Shown here piece after piece: positions 27,811 through 39,180 of a DNA stretch of 64,000 nt. How positions within the stretch are numbered: position 1 is the stretch's first letter; every line of letters begins with the position of its first letter. Position numbers and translations under genes: made by a program. The notes below the pieces were generated by a model, which saw nothing but the letters and a program-made list of their open reading frames with translations, was not told where the DNA came from and made no database searches. Source of the DNA: Gammaproteobacteria bacterium (GTDB lineage Bacteria > Pseudomonadota > Gammaproteobacteria > Eutrophobiales > Eutrophobiaceae); contig CBDCDS010000003.1 of the NCBI GenBank assembly GCA_965215365.1, positions 2,272,001 through 2,336,000 on the forward strand, in the 5' to 3' direction.

Positions 27811-29832
27811 TCAGCTTTCCTCAGCGCTTGCGGTGGCTGTGGCTGCCTTTTCTTCAGCCGGTTTCGTCTTCGCTTCCGCAGCTTTGTCTGACTGTCTCCG
27901 ATTGCGGCTGTTGCGCCCCCGCCCGGACTGTCGGGATTGCCGTTTGTCGCCCCCCCTCTGCTCGCGCCCGCCCTGCCGCTGCTGACCGCCAGAGCCTGAA
28001 CCGTCGTTTCTACGCGCAGAACTCCGGCGTTGTGGTTGCCTGCCTGAACTGCCACCTGAATGCCTGCCTCTGCCTCTGTTGCCAGAGGCCGGGCGCCGCG
28101 GTTGCTCCGGTTCCGGGGGCGGGGCTTGTTGTTGCGTTTCTGCCTCAGCGTGGAACAGCTTGTCCAGCAGTCTGCTCACCAGTCCTTTGTCCTTGACCGC
28201 CCGGGCCGATGGCGCCGGACGGGCCGGCATAATCTGGGTTAATGCGGGCTTCTCCCGAGGCCTGCGTTTGTCGCCGGGCGTGGCGTCAACAGCTTTGCTC
28301 TGTTTTACCTCGGCAAACTTATAGCTCTCCTGACGGGACTCATCCGATACAGAATCGGACAGGTTAATACGCTGAATCTGGTATTGCGGCGTTTCCATGT
28401 CCGGGTTCGGACTGATAATGATTTGCACATCAAGACGTTGTTCTATGTCCCTGATATCCTGTCGTTTTTCATTCAATAAATAGGTGGCGGCATCCACCGG
28501 CAACTGTGCAACCACTTTGGCGGTCAGCTCTTTCATGGCCTCTTCCTGAATAATCCTCAACACGGCCAGAGACAATGATTTTATGTCCCGGATGCTGCCC
28601 TGGCCGTCGCAACGCGGACAAGGGATATGGCTGGATTCTCCCAGGGACGGGCGTAACCGCTGACGCGACATTTCCAACAGTCCGAAGCGTGAGATGCGCC
28701 CCGTTTGTACTCGGGCGCGGTCCACCTTTAACCCCTCCCGCAGCCGGCTCTCAACCGCGCGCTGGTTTCTGCTGCTCGTCATGTCGATGAAATCAATGAC
28801 AAACAGGCCGCCCAGGTCGCGCAGGCGTAATTGCCGGGCAATCTCGTCGGCGGCCTCAAGGTTGGTCGTCAACGCGGTTTCTTCAATGTCCTCGCCGCGG
28901 GTTGCGCGCGCCGAATTGATGTCTATTGAGGTCAGCGCTTCGGTGTGGTCAATAATCAGCACGCCGCCGGAGGGGAGTTGCACTTCCCGGGAAAAAGCAG
29001 TTTCGATTTGCCCTTCGATCTGGTAGCGACTGAACAGCGGGTCACTGCCGGAATACAGTTTCAGCTTTGGCAGGTTATGGGGCATGACCTGTTCCATGAA
29101 GTCCCGGGCGCGATGGAACACGTCATTGTCGTCAATCCGGATTTCAGCTATATCATTTCTGAGATAATCGCGAATGGCCCGGATAATGACTTCACTCTCT
29201 TGGTAGATGAGAAACGGGGCGGCCTTGTCGTTGGAGGTTGATTTGACGGACTCCCAGAGCATCTTCAGATAGTCCAGGTCCCACTGCAATTCCTCGGCGC
29301 TTTTACCCACGCCGGCAGTGCGCAGGATCAGCCCCATGCCTTGTGGTATTTCCAGGGTGCTCAGCGCCTCGCGCGCGTCACTGCGGTCATTGCCTTCAAT
29401 TTGTCTGGATACGCCTCCGGCTCTGGGGTTATTGGGCATCAGCACCAGGTAGCGCCCGGCCAGACTGATGAACGTAGTCAGTGCCGCGCCCTTGTTGCCG
29501 CGCTCTTCCTTCTCTACCTGGACAATGTACTCCTGCCCCACCTCCAGGGCTTCCTTGACAATGGCGCGGCTGTGGCCGTTGTCGCCATTTTTGGGTTTGA
29601 GCAGGGTGCGGGCGATTTCCTTAAAAGGCAAAAACCCGTGACGCTCGGCACCGAAATCCACAAATGCGGCTTCAAGACTGGGCTCAATCCTGACAATCCG
29701 ACATTTGTAGATGTTTGACTTTTTCTGTTCCCGTCCTGTCGATTCTATATCAAGATCATACAGGCGTTGGCCGTCCACTAGCGCCACCCGCAACTCTTCC
29801 GGTTGAGTCGCGTTTATCAACATTCTTTTCAT
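27811..29832 (-). CDS. rne: Ribonuclease E (short C-terminal scaffold)
   Basis: [31 protein letters not shown]-terminus; CPRC Zn link. Confidence 0.97.
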   Translation of the reverse strand: MKRMLINATQPEELRVALVDGQRLYDLDIESTGREQKKSNIYKCRIVRIEPSLEAAFVDFGAERHGFLPFKEIARTLLKPKNGDNGHSRAIVKEALEVGQEYIVQVEKEERGNKGAALTTFISLAGRYLVLMPNNPRAGGVSRQIEGNDRSDAREALSTLEIPQGMGLILRTAGVGKSAEELQWDLDYLKMLWESVKSTSNDKAAPFLIYQESEVIIRAIRDYLRNDIAEIRIDDNDVFHRARDFMEQVMPHNLPKLKLYSGSDPLFSRYQIEGQIETAFSREVQLPSGGVLIIDHTEALTSIDINSARATRGEDIEETALTTNLEAADEIARQLRLRDLGGLFVIDFIDMTSSRNQRAVESRLREGLKVDRARVQTGRISRFGLLEMSRQRLRPSLGESSHIPCPRCDGQGSIRDIKSLSLAVLRIIQEEAMKELTAKVVAQLPVDAATYLLNEKRQDIRDIEQRLDVQIIISPNPDMETPQYQIQRINLSDSVSDESRQESYKFAEVKQSKAVDATPGDKRRPREKPALTQIMPARPAPSARAVKDKGLVSRLLDKLFHAEAETQQQAPPPEPEQPRRPASGNRGRGRHSGGSSGRQPQRRSSARRNDGSGSGGQQRQGGREQRGGDKRQSRQSGRGRNSRNRRQSDKAAEAKTKPAEEKAATATASAEES

Positions 29833-30275
29833 GGTAAATGTCCGTTACGCAATGGCTCAGCGCCGCTCCGGTCTGTGGCCGGGGCAGCACCCGGGCCAGC
29901 CACCGGCCGGGAGCCATGTTAATCTGTTAGCGCGCAGCCGTCTCGCAGCAGCGACTTCAAGTCCGGAGCGGCCCTGACACGGCCTGTTCAGGCCTGACCT
30001 GGAGGCGCCGCTAAAAATCAGAGACACCATCAATACCGTTCCCGGGCTATCGAATATATAGGCCACCTCTAACAATCAGAGGCACCTCAAACATGTCCAT
30101 CGTGGAATTGTCAGGGCGGGACTGAATTCTCTAACCGGTGAAGGTCAGTCGTTCTATCTCAAATTCTACAGTTGTTGCAGACAAGTGCCCTGATATGGCC
30201 TATCCTAGCAGGATAGTTCGATTGTCAACTCAAGCGCGCATACTGTAACATATCCGCCGCGCTACCACAATAAGG

Positions 30276-31407
30276 TGTCCAGGTTCAATACATATGAGAC
30301 TCAGAGGCAGGCTGTGTGAGTTGTTGATAATACTCCATTGGGGTTAATAAACCAATACCGTCATGCGGGCGGTAGGTATTGTAGTATTGCTGATACTCTG
30401 CCAGTTTGCGGTTGATGGCGGCCACGGTCAGTGGGCCCTCGTAGAACGGATAGAACTCATAGCGGCTGGTGGCATTGGCGCGTTCTACACAGCCGTTGTA
30501 TTCGGGTTTTTTCGGGGGCAGCACGTACAGGGGGATTCCTAAGTCCTGGCAAGCCTGCTCGAACTCATCTCGGAACTCCGAGCCGCCATCGACCTGGATA
30601 GAACGGATGGGAAACGGCGCCTCACCGAGCAGCGCTTTTAAGAAGCGCCGGGCATTGCCACTGGTGGCCCGACTGTAGGCTCGCAGCGCACTCCATTTGC
30701 TCACCGGACAGACGGCCTTGAACTCCTTCACCGTGATGCCGTCCGTGAAGCCGACACTCATGTGGTCTATCTGCATCAACTCCCCTGGCGCCTTAGCCTT
30801 CATCCCGTAGCGCCAGCGCTTGGCATGATGGGTAAACGCCCGGCGGCGCTTAGGCTTCACCCGGCCATAGTAAAACGCCACCGGCTTGACCCGACCCAGC
30901 CGCACCAGCTTCGCCACGATGCGCCCGACCGTACTCTCGCTCAAAGTCCAGCCCTGCTCGCGCACCCCCACCCGCCAGAGCTTACGCTTACCCCATAACG
31001 GATAACGTTGGCGAAGGTGCAAGACCTGCTGCTCGTGCTGGCGCGTCCATTGCGGCACACGCCGCCGCCGCGGCGCACGAGAGCCACACCCCAGACCCTT
31101 CAGCCCATGTTCACGATACCGCTTCAACCAACGGTAGTAGGTCGCCCTCGACCAACCTACTGCTGCCAGTGCCGTCGCCTCACCACACCCATCCTCGCGT
31201 AACGTCGCAACCAATTCCAACTGCTTCAAACGACCGCGCGCGTCAGCATCGGTAGTATCATCGACGCGCCAACTGCGATATGATTTCACCCGCAGGCTTT
31301 TGATCTGCATCGGGTAGTCCTCCTGTGTCAATTAGTTGAGATTAATTCACACACAGACTACCCGATTTCTTTATCTAAAGAGTCTCACTTGTTTCTGAAC
31401 CCGGACA
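30276..31407 (-). mobile_element. IS481-family insertion sequence, 1132 bp, 5-bp target duplication TAAGG
   Basis: Imperfect TIRs TGTCCAGGTTCAATACATATGAGACTC / TGTCCGGGTTCAGAAACAAGTGAGACTC; TAAGG at 30271-30275 and 31408-31412. Confidence 0.88.
30285..31331 (-). CDS. DDE transposase (IS481 family, rve integrase core)
   Basis: HTH, QIDH, QVDGGSEF, NGCVER, YNTYRPH motifs. Confidence 0.9.
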   Translation of the reverse strand: MTQEDYPMQIKSLRVKSYRSWRVDDTTDADARGRLKQLELVATLREDGCGEATALAAVGWSRATYYRWLKRYREHGLKGLGCGSRAPRRRRVPQWTRQHEQQVLHLRQRYPLWGKRKLWRVGVREQGWTLSESTVGRIVAKLVRLGRVKPVAFYYGRVKPKRRRAFTHHAKRWRYGMKAKAPGELMQIDHMSVGFTDGITVKEFKAVCPVSKWSALRAYSRATSGNARRFLKALLGEAPFPIRSIQVDGGSEFRDEFEQACQDLGIPLYVLPPKKPEYNGCVERANATSRYEFYPFYEGPLTVAAINRKLAEYQQYYNTYRPHDGIGLLTPMEYYQQLTQPASESHMY

Positions 31408-31516
31408 TAAGGCATCTGTAAAAATGTCTGGAAGGCATTTTTGCTGTGTAAATTTTCAAAATTTATATACTGTCGGGGTGTGCAGCACCCCCGATCATGG
31501 GAGTTTAGAGATTCCC
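31408..31516. repeat. Repeat family B copy abutting the IS481 end
   Basis: Reverse-complement similarity to 23034-23144. Confidence 0.7.
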
Positions 31517-31543
31517 AATATCATTTTCGCGATGTCGTTGAGC

Positions 31544-32494
31544 ATGTCACAACCAACGCATAAAAAAACCAGGGCCGGCAATATCACCATTGACGCGGAG
31601 CAGTCTGGCCGGCGTATTGATAACTTCCTGGTCTCCTTTTTCAAGCGGATGCCCAGAAGTCGCATCTATCAAATGCTGAGACGCGGCGAGGTCAGGGTCA
31701 ACGGCGGTCGTATCAAGCCGGAATATCGCCTGCAGGCGGGGGATGCCATCCGTATCCCGCCGGCGTATGAGATCAAGCCCGACGCGCCCGAGACTGCGCC
31801 GGCGCGCTTGGTTGACATGCTCGGGCGTTGCGTCATCCATGAGGACGCACGGGTTATCGTCATCAATAAACCTGCAGGATTGCCCGTACATGCCGGCAGC
31901 GGGAGTTATTTCGGCGTGATAGAGTTGTTGCGAACATTGTTCCAGCGGGAGGACGGCTTGAATCTGATCCATCGTCTGGACAAGGAAACTTCCGGCTGCC
32001 TGATGGTGGCAAGAACCATGCCGGTGCTACGCCAACTCAACCAGGCGTTACGCAGCGGCCAGGTTCGCAAAGAATATGATGCCCTGCTACAGGGGCGGCT
32101 GGAGCAAAAGTTGATCAAGGTGGACAGCCCGTTGCGGCGCTACGGGAATCGTTCTGGAGGCGGCAAGGTCAGACCTGATGCTCAAGGCAAAGCCGCCCGG
32201 TCTGAATTTACCGCGCGCGCCTCATTTCAGGAGGCCACCCGGGTCAGGGTCAGCATCGGCACCGGGCGCACCCACCAGATCAGGGCTCATGCCGCTGCCA
32301 TTGGTCACCCGTTGGCCGGCGATGACAAATACGGGAGCCGGGAATTTAACAGGAAAATGCGTAGCCTGGGCCTCAAACGCATGTTTTTGCATGCCGCCCG
32401 ACTCGCCGTGCCGGTACTGCAGGAAACCGGAAAATATCGCTTCAGCGCGCCGCTGCCCGCTGATCTTGAGGCGGTATTGAGGCGTATACCTTGA
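31544..32494 (+). CDS. rluC: 23S rRNA pseudouridine synthase RluC
   Basis: S4 domain, HRLDKETSG, GRTHQIR; divergent from rne; start uncertain. Confidence 0.9.
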   Translation: MSQPTHKKTRAGNITIDAEQSGRRIDNFLVSFFKRMPRSRIYQMLRRGEVRVNGGRIKPEYRLQAGDAIRIPPAYEIKPDAPETAPARLVDMLGRCVIHEDARVIVINKPAGLPVHAGSGSYFGVIELLRTLFQREDGLNLIHRLDKETSGCLMVARTMPVLRQLNQALRSGQVRKEYDALLQGRLEQKLIKVDSPLRRYGNRSGGGKVRPDAQGKAARSEFTARASFQEATRVRVSIGTGRTHQIRAHAAAIGHPLAGDDKYGSREFNRKMRSLGLKRMFLHAARLAVPVLQETGKYRFSAPLPADLEAVLRRIP

Positions 32495-32502
32495 GGGCAA
32501 CT

Positions 32503-33234
32503 CTAACGTCTGCTCTCAGCCAGCAGGATTTTCATGTCCCTGACTGCCTGGTGCAGACCGGAAAATATGGCCCGGGCAATGATAGCATGGCCGATGTTAA
32601 GTTCGGCAACCTGTTCCAGCGCCGCGATGGGTGGCACATTGTGGTAATGCAAGCCATGGCCGGCGTTGATTTGCAGCGGTGTTTGCGCCGCATGCTCGAC
32701 GGCGCGGGCAATTTTATCAAGCTCGGCGGCGCAGCCTGCGGCGTCTGCGCAGTCTGCATAACGGCCGGTATGGATTTCTATCATGTCTGCGCCGGCGGCC
32801 ACGGCCGCGTCTATTTGTGCGGCATCGGCGGCAATGAACAGCGATACCTTAGCACCGCCGGCGCGCAGTCTGGCGCAGGCCGCGCGTAGTTTCTGCAGCT
32901 GACCGGCCACCTCCAGGCCGCCCTCGGTCGTCAATTCTGCGCGCCGCTCCGGCACAAAACAGCAGTACTGCGGGCGCAGTTTTTCTGCCAACGCCAGCAT
33001 GTCAGCAGTCACCGCCAGCTCCAGGTTGACGGGAATGGTCAATACCTCCTGAATCATCTTTACGTCTCGCGCCTGGATATGGCGGCGGTCTTCGCGCAGA
33101 TGTACCGTAATAGAGTCGGCGCCGGCCTGTTCGGCAACCAGCGCGGCGTGCGCCGGTTCCGGGTAACGCGTCAGCCGAGCCTGACGCAATGTCGCCACGT
33201 GGTCGATGTTGACTCCCAGTTTTATCGGTTTCAT
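32503..33234 (-). CDS. pdxJ: Pyridoxine 5'-phosphate synthase
   Basis: [24 protein letters not shown] motifs. Confidence 0.97.
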   Translation of the reverse strand: MKPIKLGVNIDHVATLRQARLTRYPEPAHAALVAEQAGADSITVHLREDRRHIQARDVKMIQEVLTIPVNLELAVTADMLALAEKLRPQYCCFVPERRAELTTEGGLEVAGQLQKLRAACARLRAGGAKVSLFIAADAAQIDAAVAAGADMIEIHTGRYADCADAAGCAAELDKIARAVEHAAQTPLQINAGHGLHYHNVPPIAALEQVAELNIGHAIIARAIFSGLHQAVRDMKILLAESRR

Positions 33235-33243
33235 GGTATTGCG

Positions 33244-33957
33244 TTACTCCTGTTTGCCCGCATTGAATTGATATAACGCCCGGCTCTGCAAAGGTTTATC
33301 TCCCAACAACCGGCCCAATGAGCTGCGCATCAGTTGTTTAGCCTCTGCCAGCACGATCTTATCAGCCAGATCTTCGTGCGCCAGACCCAGCAGGGTGCGA
33401 CCGGATACTTTCAGGCTGTCGGGAACCGCCGCGTCCCCCGGCAGCGGGCCGCGCTCGGGCAGATAATTATAATCCTGATCCGGCCTGATGGCATTGCCGG
33501 CGGTGTCCGCATCCAGTGCCAGCCCGTAACCCAGCGCTTTTAACAGCCGTTTTTCAAAGACTCTGAGGGTTGGCTGTTCGCGCGCGCGGTCGCTGAGCCG
33601 GCACAGTGCGGTTTCATAAGCATCAAACAGTTCCGGGTGCGGTTCATGTCGGTGCAGCAGCCTGACCAGCAGTTCATTGATATAAAACAGGGCGAACAGA
33701 CCAGCCGCCATATTGGTGTCATTATCCGGGCAGGGTTCCGCCCCGCTCAGCGTCCCTAATTCCCGGCGCATACTCCAGGCGATATTGACCTTGCGCCCCG
33801 GCTGCAGCAACGCCCGGCTGGCATTTTTCTGCGTTCTGCCGCCCTTGGCGACCAGACTGACCCGGCCGTGTCGGCGTGAGAACACATCCAGCAACAGACT
33901 GCTCTCGCGGTAGTTGCGACTGTGCAGGATGTAGCAGGGGTTCAGTTCGGCGCGCAT
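33244..33957 (-). CDS. recO: DNA repair protein RecO
   Basis: ILHSRNYRESSLL motif; operon position. Confidence 0.93.
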   Translation of the reverse strand: MRAELNPCYILHSRNYRESSLLLDVFSRRHGRVSLVAKGGRTQKNASRALLQPGRKVNIAWSMRRELGTLSGAEPCPDNDTNMAAGLFALFYINELLVRLLHRHEPHPELFDAYETALCRLSDRAREQPTLRVFEKRLLKALGYGLALDADTAGNAIRPDQDYNYLPERGPLPGDAAVPDSLKVSGRTLLGLAHEDLADKIVLAEAKQLMRSSLGRLLGDKPLQSRALYQFNAGKQE

Positions 33958-33975
33958 TGTGATGGGTGTCAGAGT

Positions 33976-34893
33976 TCAGGGATGCTGGTATCCCAGAGTC
34001 TGCAACGCCTGCATATCCTCTGTCCAGTCCCGTTTGATTTTCACCCAGGTTTGCAGATAGACCTTTTTGGCGAAGAACTTTTCCAGCTCCACGCGTGCAT
34101 CGTAACCTATCAATTTCAGCATCTTGCCGTTTGCGCCGATAAGGATAGCGCGTTGTGAGCGGCGCTCCACCCAGACGGTAGCATACAGGGTCAGCAATGA
34201 TTTTTCTTCCTTGAATTGCTCAATGGTAATCGCTGTGCGATACGGCAATTCATCACCTAGGTGTGTCATAACCTGCTCCCTGATATATTCGGCTGCCAGA
34301 AAACGGGCACTTTTATCACTGATCTGATCCGGCGGGAACAGCGGCTCTCCCGCCGGCAACAGGCCGGCCAACCGCTGTTCCAGCCGCGCGACATCACGCC
34401 GGCGCCGGGCACTGATGGGTATAATTTCAGCGCAAGACAGCTGTTCCTTGAGGAAGTCAATGTACGGCAGCAATGCGGCGCGCTCCTTGAGCAGGTCCAG
34501 TTTGTTGATCACCAGCGCCAGTGGCGCGGCCACATCCTGCAGTAGCTCAGCAACCAGACTGTCTGCGCGTTCCCATTTTAGCGCTTCGACTACAAACACC
34601 ACTACGTCAATATGCGCCAGCGCGTTGACGACCTCCCTGTTCATAAAGCGGTTCAGACCGGACTTGTAAGTATGCTGATAACCCGGAGTATCCGTGAACA
34701 CGATCTGGTACTCAGGTGTGGACTTGATCCCGCGCAGTTGCCAGCGCGTGGTTTGTGGTTTTCTGGTAACGATGCTGACCTTGTGTTCAACCAGTTGGTT
34801 GAGCAGGGTGGATTTACCCACGTTGGGCCGGCCGGTGATGGTCACATAACCGGCTTTGAAGGCAGGCACTTGTTTCAGGTCGCTAACCGGCAT
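33976..34893 (-). CDS. era: GTPase Era
   Basis: GRPNVGKST, DTPG, NKLD motifs and KH domain; start likely 34893. Confidence 0.95.
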   Translation of the reverse strand: MPVSDLKQVPAFKAGYVTITGRPNVGKSTLLNQLVEHKVSIVTRKPQTTRWQLRGIKSTPEYQIVFTDTPGYQHTYKSGLNRFMNREVVNALAHIDVVVFVVEALKWERADSLVAELLQDVAAPLALVINKLDLLKERAALLPYIDFLKEQLSCAEIIPISARRRRDVARLEQRLAGLLPAGEPLFPPDQISDKSARFLAAEYIREQVMTHLGDELPYRTAITIEQFKEEKSLLTLYATVWVERRSQRAILIGANGKMLKLIGYDARVELEKFFAKKVYLQTWVKIKRDWTEDMQALQTLGYQHP

Positions 34894-35575
34894 CCGGCGC
34901 AATGATTTCCAGTGCCGCGTCAGCCGCAGCCTGCTCTGCGTCGCGTTTGTTTTTGCCGCTCGCGCGGACCGGTTTGGCAATACCTTCGACATGGCACTCT
35001 ATGGTGAACAAGCGGTCATGCGCGACACCGGTTTCTGCCACAACCTGGTAGCTGGGCAACGGTTTTTTATTGGCTTGAAGATATTCCTGTAACCGGGACT
35101 TCGGATCTTTGGGGATATTCTCCACAGTCAACTCTGCCAGCAGGCGGGAAAATAATGTCTGCACAAAACTGCGGCACTGTTCCAGATCGGAATCCAGATA
35201 TACCGCGCCGACCAGAGCCTCCATGGAGTTAGCCAGCAGCGACTGTTTGCGCCACCCGGCGCTTTTGTGTTCGCCCAGGCCCAGCCTGAGGTGTCGGCCC
35301 AGATCCAGTTGTGATGCCAGACCTGCCAGCGTTTGCTTTTTAACCAGCGCTGCGCGTAAGCGGGTCAGGTCGCTTTCCGTTGCCTCGGGAAATTTTGCAA
35401 ACAAGGCGTCGGCGATGAACAGCCCCAGCAGCGCATCGCCCAGAAACTCAAGTCGTTCATTATGTTCCTTGCCGAAACTGCGGTGCGTGAAAGCCAGGTC
35501 CAATAACGGGGTGTTGCGAAAGTTGTAGCTCAGCAGCCCGCTTATATGTCGTTGCAGTTCGCTGTCGATACTCAT
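34883..35575 (-). CDS. rnc: Ribonuclease III
   Basis: NERLEFLGDA signature and dsRBD. Confidence 0.97.
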   Translation of the reverse strand: MSIDSELQRHISGLLSYNFRNTPLLDLAFTHRSFGKEHNERLEFLGDALLGLFIADALFAKFPEATESDLTRLRAALVKKQTLAGLASQLDLGRHLRLGLGEHKSAGWRKQSLLANSMEALVGAVYLDSDLEQCRSFVQTLFSRLLAELTVENIPKDPKSRLQEYLQANKKPLPSYQVVAETGVAHDRLFTIECHVEGIAKPVRASGKNKRDAEQAAADAALEIIAPDAG

Positions 35576-35602
35576 CGTCGGTACTCTTGTAAAGGACGCC
35601 TG

Positions 35603-36406
35603 CTATTCTATCGCAGACCCAATCCGGCCCCAGTCCACATCCCAGCTGGCCAAGTCAAGCAAGCCGTCGTTGCTCCAGTTCATCCAGATATAAAACGCCC
35701 GTCCCACCAGGTTTTCATCAGGCACCAGGCCCCAGTAACGGCTGTCGCGGCTGTTGTCACGGTTATCACCCAGCACAAAGTAATGGCCCTCGGGGATGTG
35801 CCTGTCGATTGCCAGCGGCGAGGCATACAGCGGATTGACCAGGATCTGATGCGGCGTCTCAGTCAGGCCTTCCTCCAGCAGATAGGAGCCGTTCTCCCGG
35901 CTGGCTACGCCGTCGCGCTGATAGACCTCCTGCAGCTCCACCTTGACCTCCTGCCCGTTGATAATCAGTTGCTTGTCCTGGTATTGCAGGTGATCTCCGG
36001 GCACACCCACTACCCGCTTGATAAACGGCACTGCCGGGTCTTCGGGATAACGGAATACGATCACGTCGCCGCGCTGAGGTTGGCCGCGACCGAATACTTT
36101 GGTGTTCAGCGCCGGCAGCCGGATACCGTAGTCATACTTGTTGACGAGAATGAAATCGCCGCGTAACAGGGTCGGCATCATGGATGCGGACGGAATGCGG
36201 AACGGTTCAATGACAAACGAGCGTAGCGTCAGCACGATAAAAAAGACCGGGAATAACGAACGGGCATAATCGACGATCAGGGGTTCTGCGCGTCCCTGAC
36301 CGGTGGATGGTTTTCTGCGACGCGCAAAAAACAGCGCGTCAACAGCCCAGATGATGCCGCTGAGTGCCGTCAGCAGGACCAGCAAGGTGGTAAAATCCAA
36401 GGTCAT
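35603..36406 (-). CDS. lepB: Signal peptidase I
   Basis: [27 protein letters not shown]; ATG overlaps lepA stop. Confidence 0.96.
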   Translation of the reverse strand: MTLDFTTLLVLLTALSGIIWAVDALFFARRRKPSTGQGRAEPLIVDYARSLFPVFFIVLTLRSFVIEPFRIPSASMMPTLLRGDFILVNKYDYGIRLPALNTKVFGRGQPQRGDVIVFRYPEDPAVPFIKRVVGVPGDHLQYQDKQLIINGQEVKVELQEVYQRDGVASRENGSYLLEEGLTETPHQILVNPLYASPLAIDRHIPEGHYFVLGDNRDNSRDSRYWGLVPDENLVGRAFYIWMNWSNDGLLDLASWDVDWGRIGSAIE

Positions 36407-38199
36407 TGCTCCCCTCCCACATGCAGTATGGCCATGAATGCCGACTGCGGAATTTCGACCGAACCCAGTTGTTTCATTCGTTTCTTCCCCGCTTTTTGCT
36501 TCTCGAGCAGTTTTCTCTTGCGCGTGACATCGCCGCCGTAACACTTGGCTGTGACGTTCTTGCGCAGTGCTTTTACCGATTCTCTGGCAATGATTTTTGA
36601 ACCTATGGCGGCCTGTATCGCCACCTCATACATCTGACGCGGCACCAGCTGTTTCATTTTCGCGGTCAGTTCCCGGCCGCGTCGTTGCGCCAGATTGCGG
36701 TGCACGATACAGGACAGGGCATCGACCCGAGCGCCGTTAATGAGCATATCCAGTTTCACCAGCGGCGCCTCTTGGTAGCGTTCGAAATGGTAATCAAAGG
36801 ACGCATAACCCTTGCTCACTGATTTCAGCCGATCGAAAAAATCCAGCACCACCTCGCTCAGCGGCAATTCAAAGGCAATCGCCACCTGGCGCCCGGCATA
36901 GTGCAACTTCTTCTGTTCCCCCCGTTTCTCGATACACAGGGAGATGACGTTGCCCAAGTACTCCTGGGGCGTTAGTATATCAGCCCGCACCACCGGTTCG
37001 CGAATCGCCTGCAGCTGGTCGGTGCCGGGCAGGTCTGCCGGGTTGTCGATATACAACGTGGCACCGGCCGTGGTGGCCACTTCATACACCACGGTAGGCG
37101 CGGTGGTAATCAGGTTCATGTTGTATTCGCGCTCTAAGCGTTCCTGCACAATCTCCATGTGCAACATGCCCAGGAACCCGCAACGGAAGCCAAAGCCCAG
37201 TGCCTGTGAAGTTTCCGGTTCATAGTACAGTGCCGCGTCGTTCAGCCTGAGCTTGGCCAGTGCCTCCCGAAAGTCTTCGAAATCGCTGGAATCAATGGGG
37301 AACATGCCGGCGAACACCCGCGGTTTAGCCGGCTGAAAGCCAGGCAGCGGGCATGCCGTCGGGCGTTTCGCGCAAGTAATGGTATCACCCACCGGCGCGC
37401 CGAGTATGGCCTTGATGCCGGCCACCACGTAACCGACCTCGCCGGTCTTCAGGCAGGTTCCCGGCGTGCGTTTCGGGGTAAATGCGCCCACGCCGTCAAC
37501 CACGTAGTCCTGCCCGGTGGAAAATATTTTAATGCGGTCGCCAACACTCAAGGTGCCGGCGATGATGCGCACCAGAGAAATGACGCCCAGGTAGTTGTCG
37601 AACCAGGAATCGATAATCAACGCGGTCAACGGCGCCGCGGTATCACCGGTCGGCGGCGGAATGCGCGCAATGAGCGCGTCAAGCAGGTCATCCAGCCCGG
37701 CGCCGGTCTTGGCGCTGACCCGGATGGCATCCATGGCCTCGATGCCGATCAACTCCTCTATATCCTGTATCGTTTTGTCCGGGTCCGCCGCCGGCAGGTC
37801 AATTTTGTTCAGCACCGGCACCACTTCCAGCCCGTTGTCGATGGCCGCAAAACAATTTGCCACCGTCTGCGCCTCCACACTCTGGGAGCAATCCACCACC
37901 AACAAAGCACCTTCGCAGGCCGACAGCGAGCGCGATACCTCATAGCTGAAATCAACATGGCCGGGGGTGTCGATGATATTAAACTGATACACTTTGCCAC
38001 CCTGGCGCGCATAATGCAGGCGCACGCTCTGCGACTTGATGGTAATGCCGCGTTCTCTTTCCAAGTCCATGGAATCGAGCACCTGCGCCGACATCTCCCG
38101 CTCACTCAACCCACCACAAACCTGAATAAACCGGTCCGCCAGTGTGGACTTGCCGTGGTCAATATGCGCAATAATAGAAAAGTTCCTGATCCGCTCCAT
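36403..38199 (-). CDS. lepA: Elongation factor 4
   Basis: [20 protein letters not shown]; [14 protein letters not shown]. Confidence 0.98.
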   Translation of the reverse strand: MERIRNFSIIAHIDHGKSTLADRFIQVCGGLSEREMSAQVLDSMDLERERGITIKSQSVRLHYARQGGKVYQFNIIDTPGHVDFSYEVSRSLSACEGALLVVDCSQSVEAQTVANCFAAIDNGLEVVPVLNKIDLPAADPDKTIQDIEELIGIEAMDAIRVSAKTGAGLDDLLDALIARIPPPTGDTAAPLTALIIDSWFDNYLGVISLVRIIAGTLSVGDRIKIFSTGQDYVVDGVGAFTPKRTPGTCLKTGEVGYVVAGIKAILGAPVGDTITCAKRPTACPLPGFQPAKPRVFAGMFPIDSSDFEDFREALAKLRLNDAALYYEPETSQALGFGFRCGFLGMLHMEIVQERLEREYNMNLITTAPTVVYEVATTAGATLYIDNPADLPGTDQLQAIREPVVRADILTPQEYLGNVISLCIEKRGEQKKLHYAGRQVAIAFELPLSEVVLDFFDRLKSVSKGYASFDYHFERYQEAPLVKLDMLINGARVDALSCIVHRNLAQRRGRELTAKMKQLVPRQMYEVAIQAAIGSKIIARESVKALRKNVTAKCYGGDVTRKRKLLEKQKAGKKRMKQLGSVEIPQSAFMAILHVGGEQ

Positions 38200-38327
38200 G
38201 GAGCTACCGGGTGGTTATGGTTGAATAACGGAGAGGTGATTTTACCCCATTTGCAGGTGCCCCGCTACAAATAGAATCTTCTTACCCAGTGGGTTCAGGG
38301 AAAATAGTATTCGCCTAAGAGTAACAC

Positions 38328-38356
38328 TTGACTATCGAACTATTTTGTTCGAAACT
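38328..38356 (+). promoter_or_regulatory. hicAB promoter with palindromic operator
   Basis: TTGACT-17 bp-GAAACT; TCGAAC-N6-GTTCGA palindrome at 38335-38352. Confidence 0.55.
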
Positions 38357-38363
38357 TACGGCC

Positions 38364-38577
38364 ATGTAAGGGAGGCGAATTTATTAAACGGGTGAAAAAA
38401 CTGGCTAAAGCTAAGGGATTGCCGTTTGAGATAAACCGGGAACGTGGAAAGGGCAGCCATATAACCCTGTATTATGCTGGTCGGTATACAATTCTGAGAA
38501 ATCGGAAAGATGAAATGAAAACAGGCACTTATCATGCCATGTTGAAACAGCTTGGGATTGATAAAGCGGAGATATAG
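38364..38577 (+). pseudogene. hicA: HicA-family toxin, apparent +1 frameshift right after ATG (or truncated product from GTG 38392)
   Basis: GKGSH motif; ATG-T-AAG GGA GGC GAA TTT ATT AAA CGG puts the ATG one base out of frame with KGGEFIKRVKKL. Confidence 0.7.
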
Positions 38578-38580
38578 AGC

Positions 38581-39006
38581 ATGAAATATACTTATCCTGT
38601 CCTTCTCACCGAGGACCCGGATGACGGCGGATACGTTGTTACCTGCCGTGACATCCCGGAAGCAATCACCCAGGGCGATACGGTTGCAGAGGCGCTTGCT
38701 GATGCGGCTGATGCGCTGGACGAGGCCTTATGTGGCCGTATCAATCACGGCAGGGATATTCCTGTGCCTTCGGCAAAACAGGCCGGGGAACGGTGGGTTC
38801 CGGTACCGGTGATCACTGCGTTAAAGGCGGCGGCTTACATAAAATTCCGCGCATCCGGTCAGACCAAGGTGGCAATTGCCGAAGCTCTGGATTTGAAAGA
38901 AAGCGAAGTGCGCCGTATTCTTGATCCGCGCCACGGCACCAAGGCTGCCACCCTGGAACGGTTTATTCGTTCACTAGGGGGCGAGGTGCTGGTCAGTATG
39001 AGTTAG
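38581..39006 (+). CDS. hicB: HicB-family antitoxin
   Basis: YVVTCRDIPEAITQGDT..EAL motif plus C-terminal HTH. Confidence 0.9.
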   Translation: MKYTYPVLLTEDPDDGGYVVTCRDIPEAITQGDTVAEALADAADALDEALCGRINHGRDIPVPSAKQAGERWVPVPVITALKAAAYIKFRASGQTKVAIAEALDLKESEVRRILDPRHGTKAATLERFIRSLGGEVLVSMS

Positions 39007-39010
39007 ATCA

Positions 39011-39178
39011 GCTTACGAGGCACTGGGCATCAGCACCGCACCGGGAGGAGTCCGAAAGAACATCGTCTGAGCCCGGCAACACGTATTCCAGTACCCACTT
39101 GTAGTGCCACTCGGCCCGCCAGAACTGCGTAACCGGCTGATATACAACAAGTTCGTCCAGGCCTATGTTAAACTTGGG
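39011..39178 (+). mobile_element. Probable IS1634-family right-end remnant
   Basis: AYEALGISTAPGGVRKNIV-stop (39011-39070), then GTAGTGCCAC and terminal GTTAAACTTGGG; family recognised from memory. Confidence 0.5.
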
Positions 39179-39180
39179 TT

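Noticed and set aside
31424-31543. N-terminal extension of RluC
   Set aside because: Translates through a family B repeat; no RluC-like sequence
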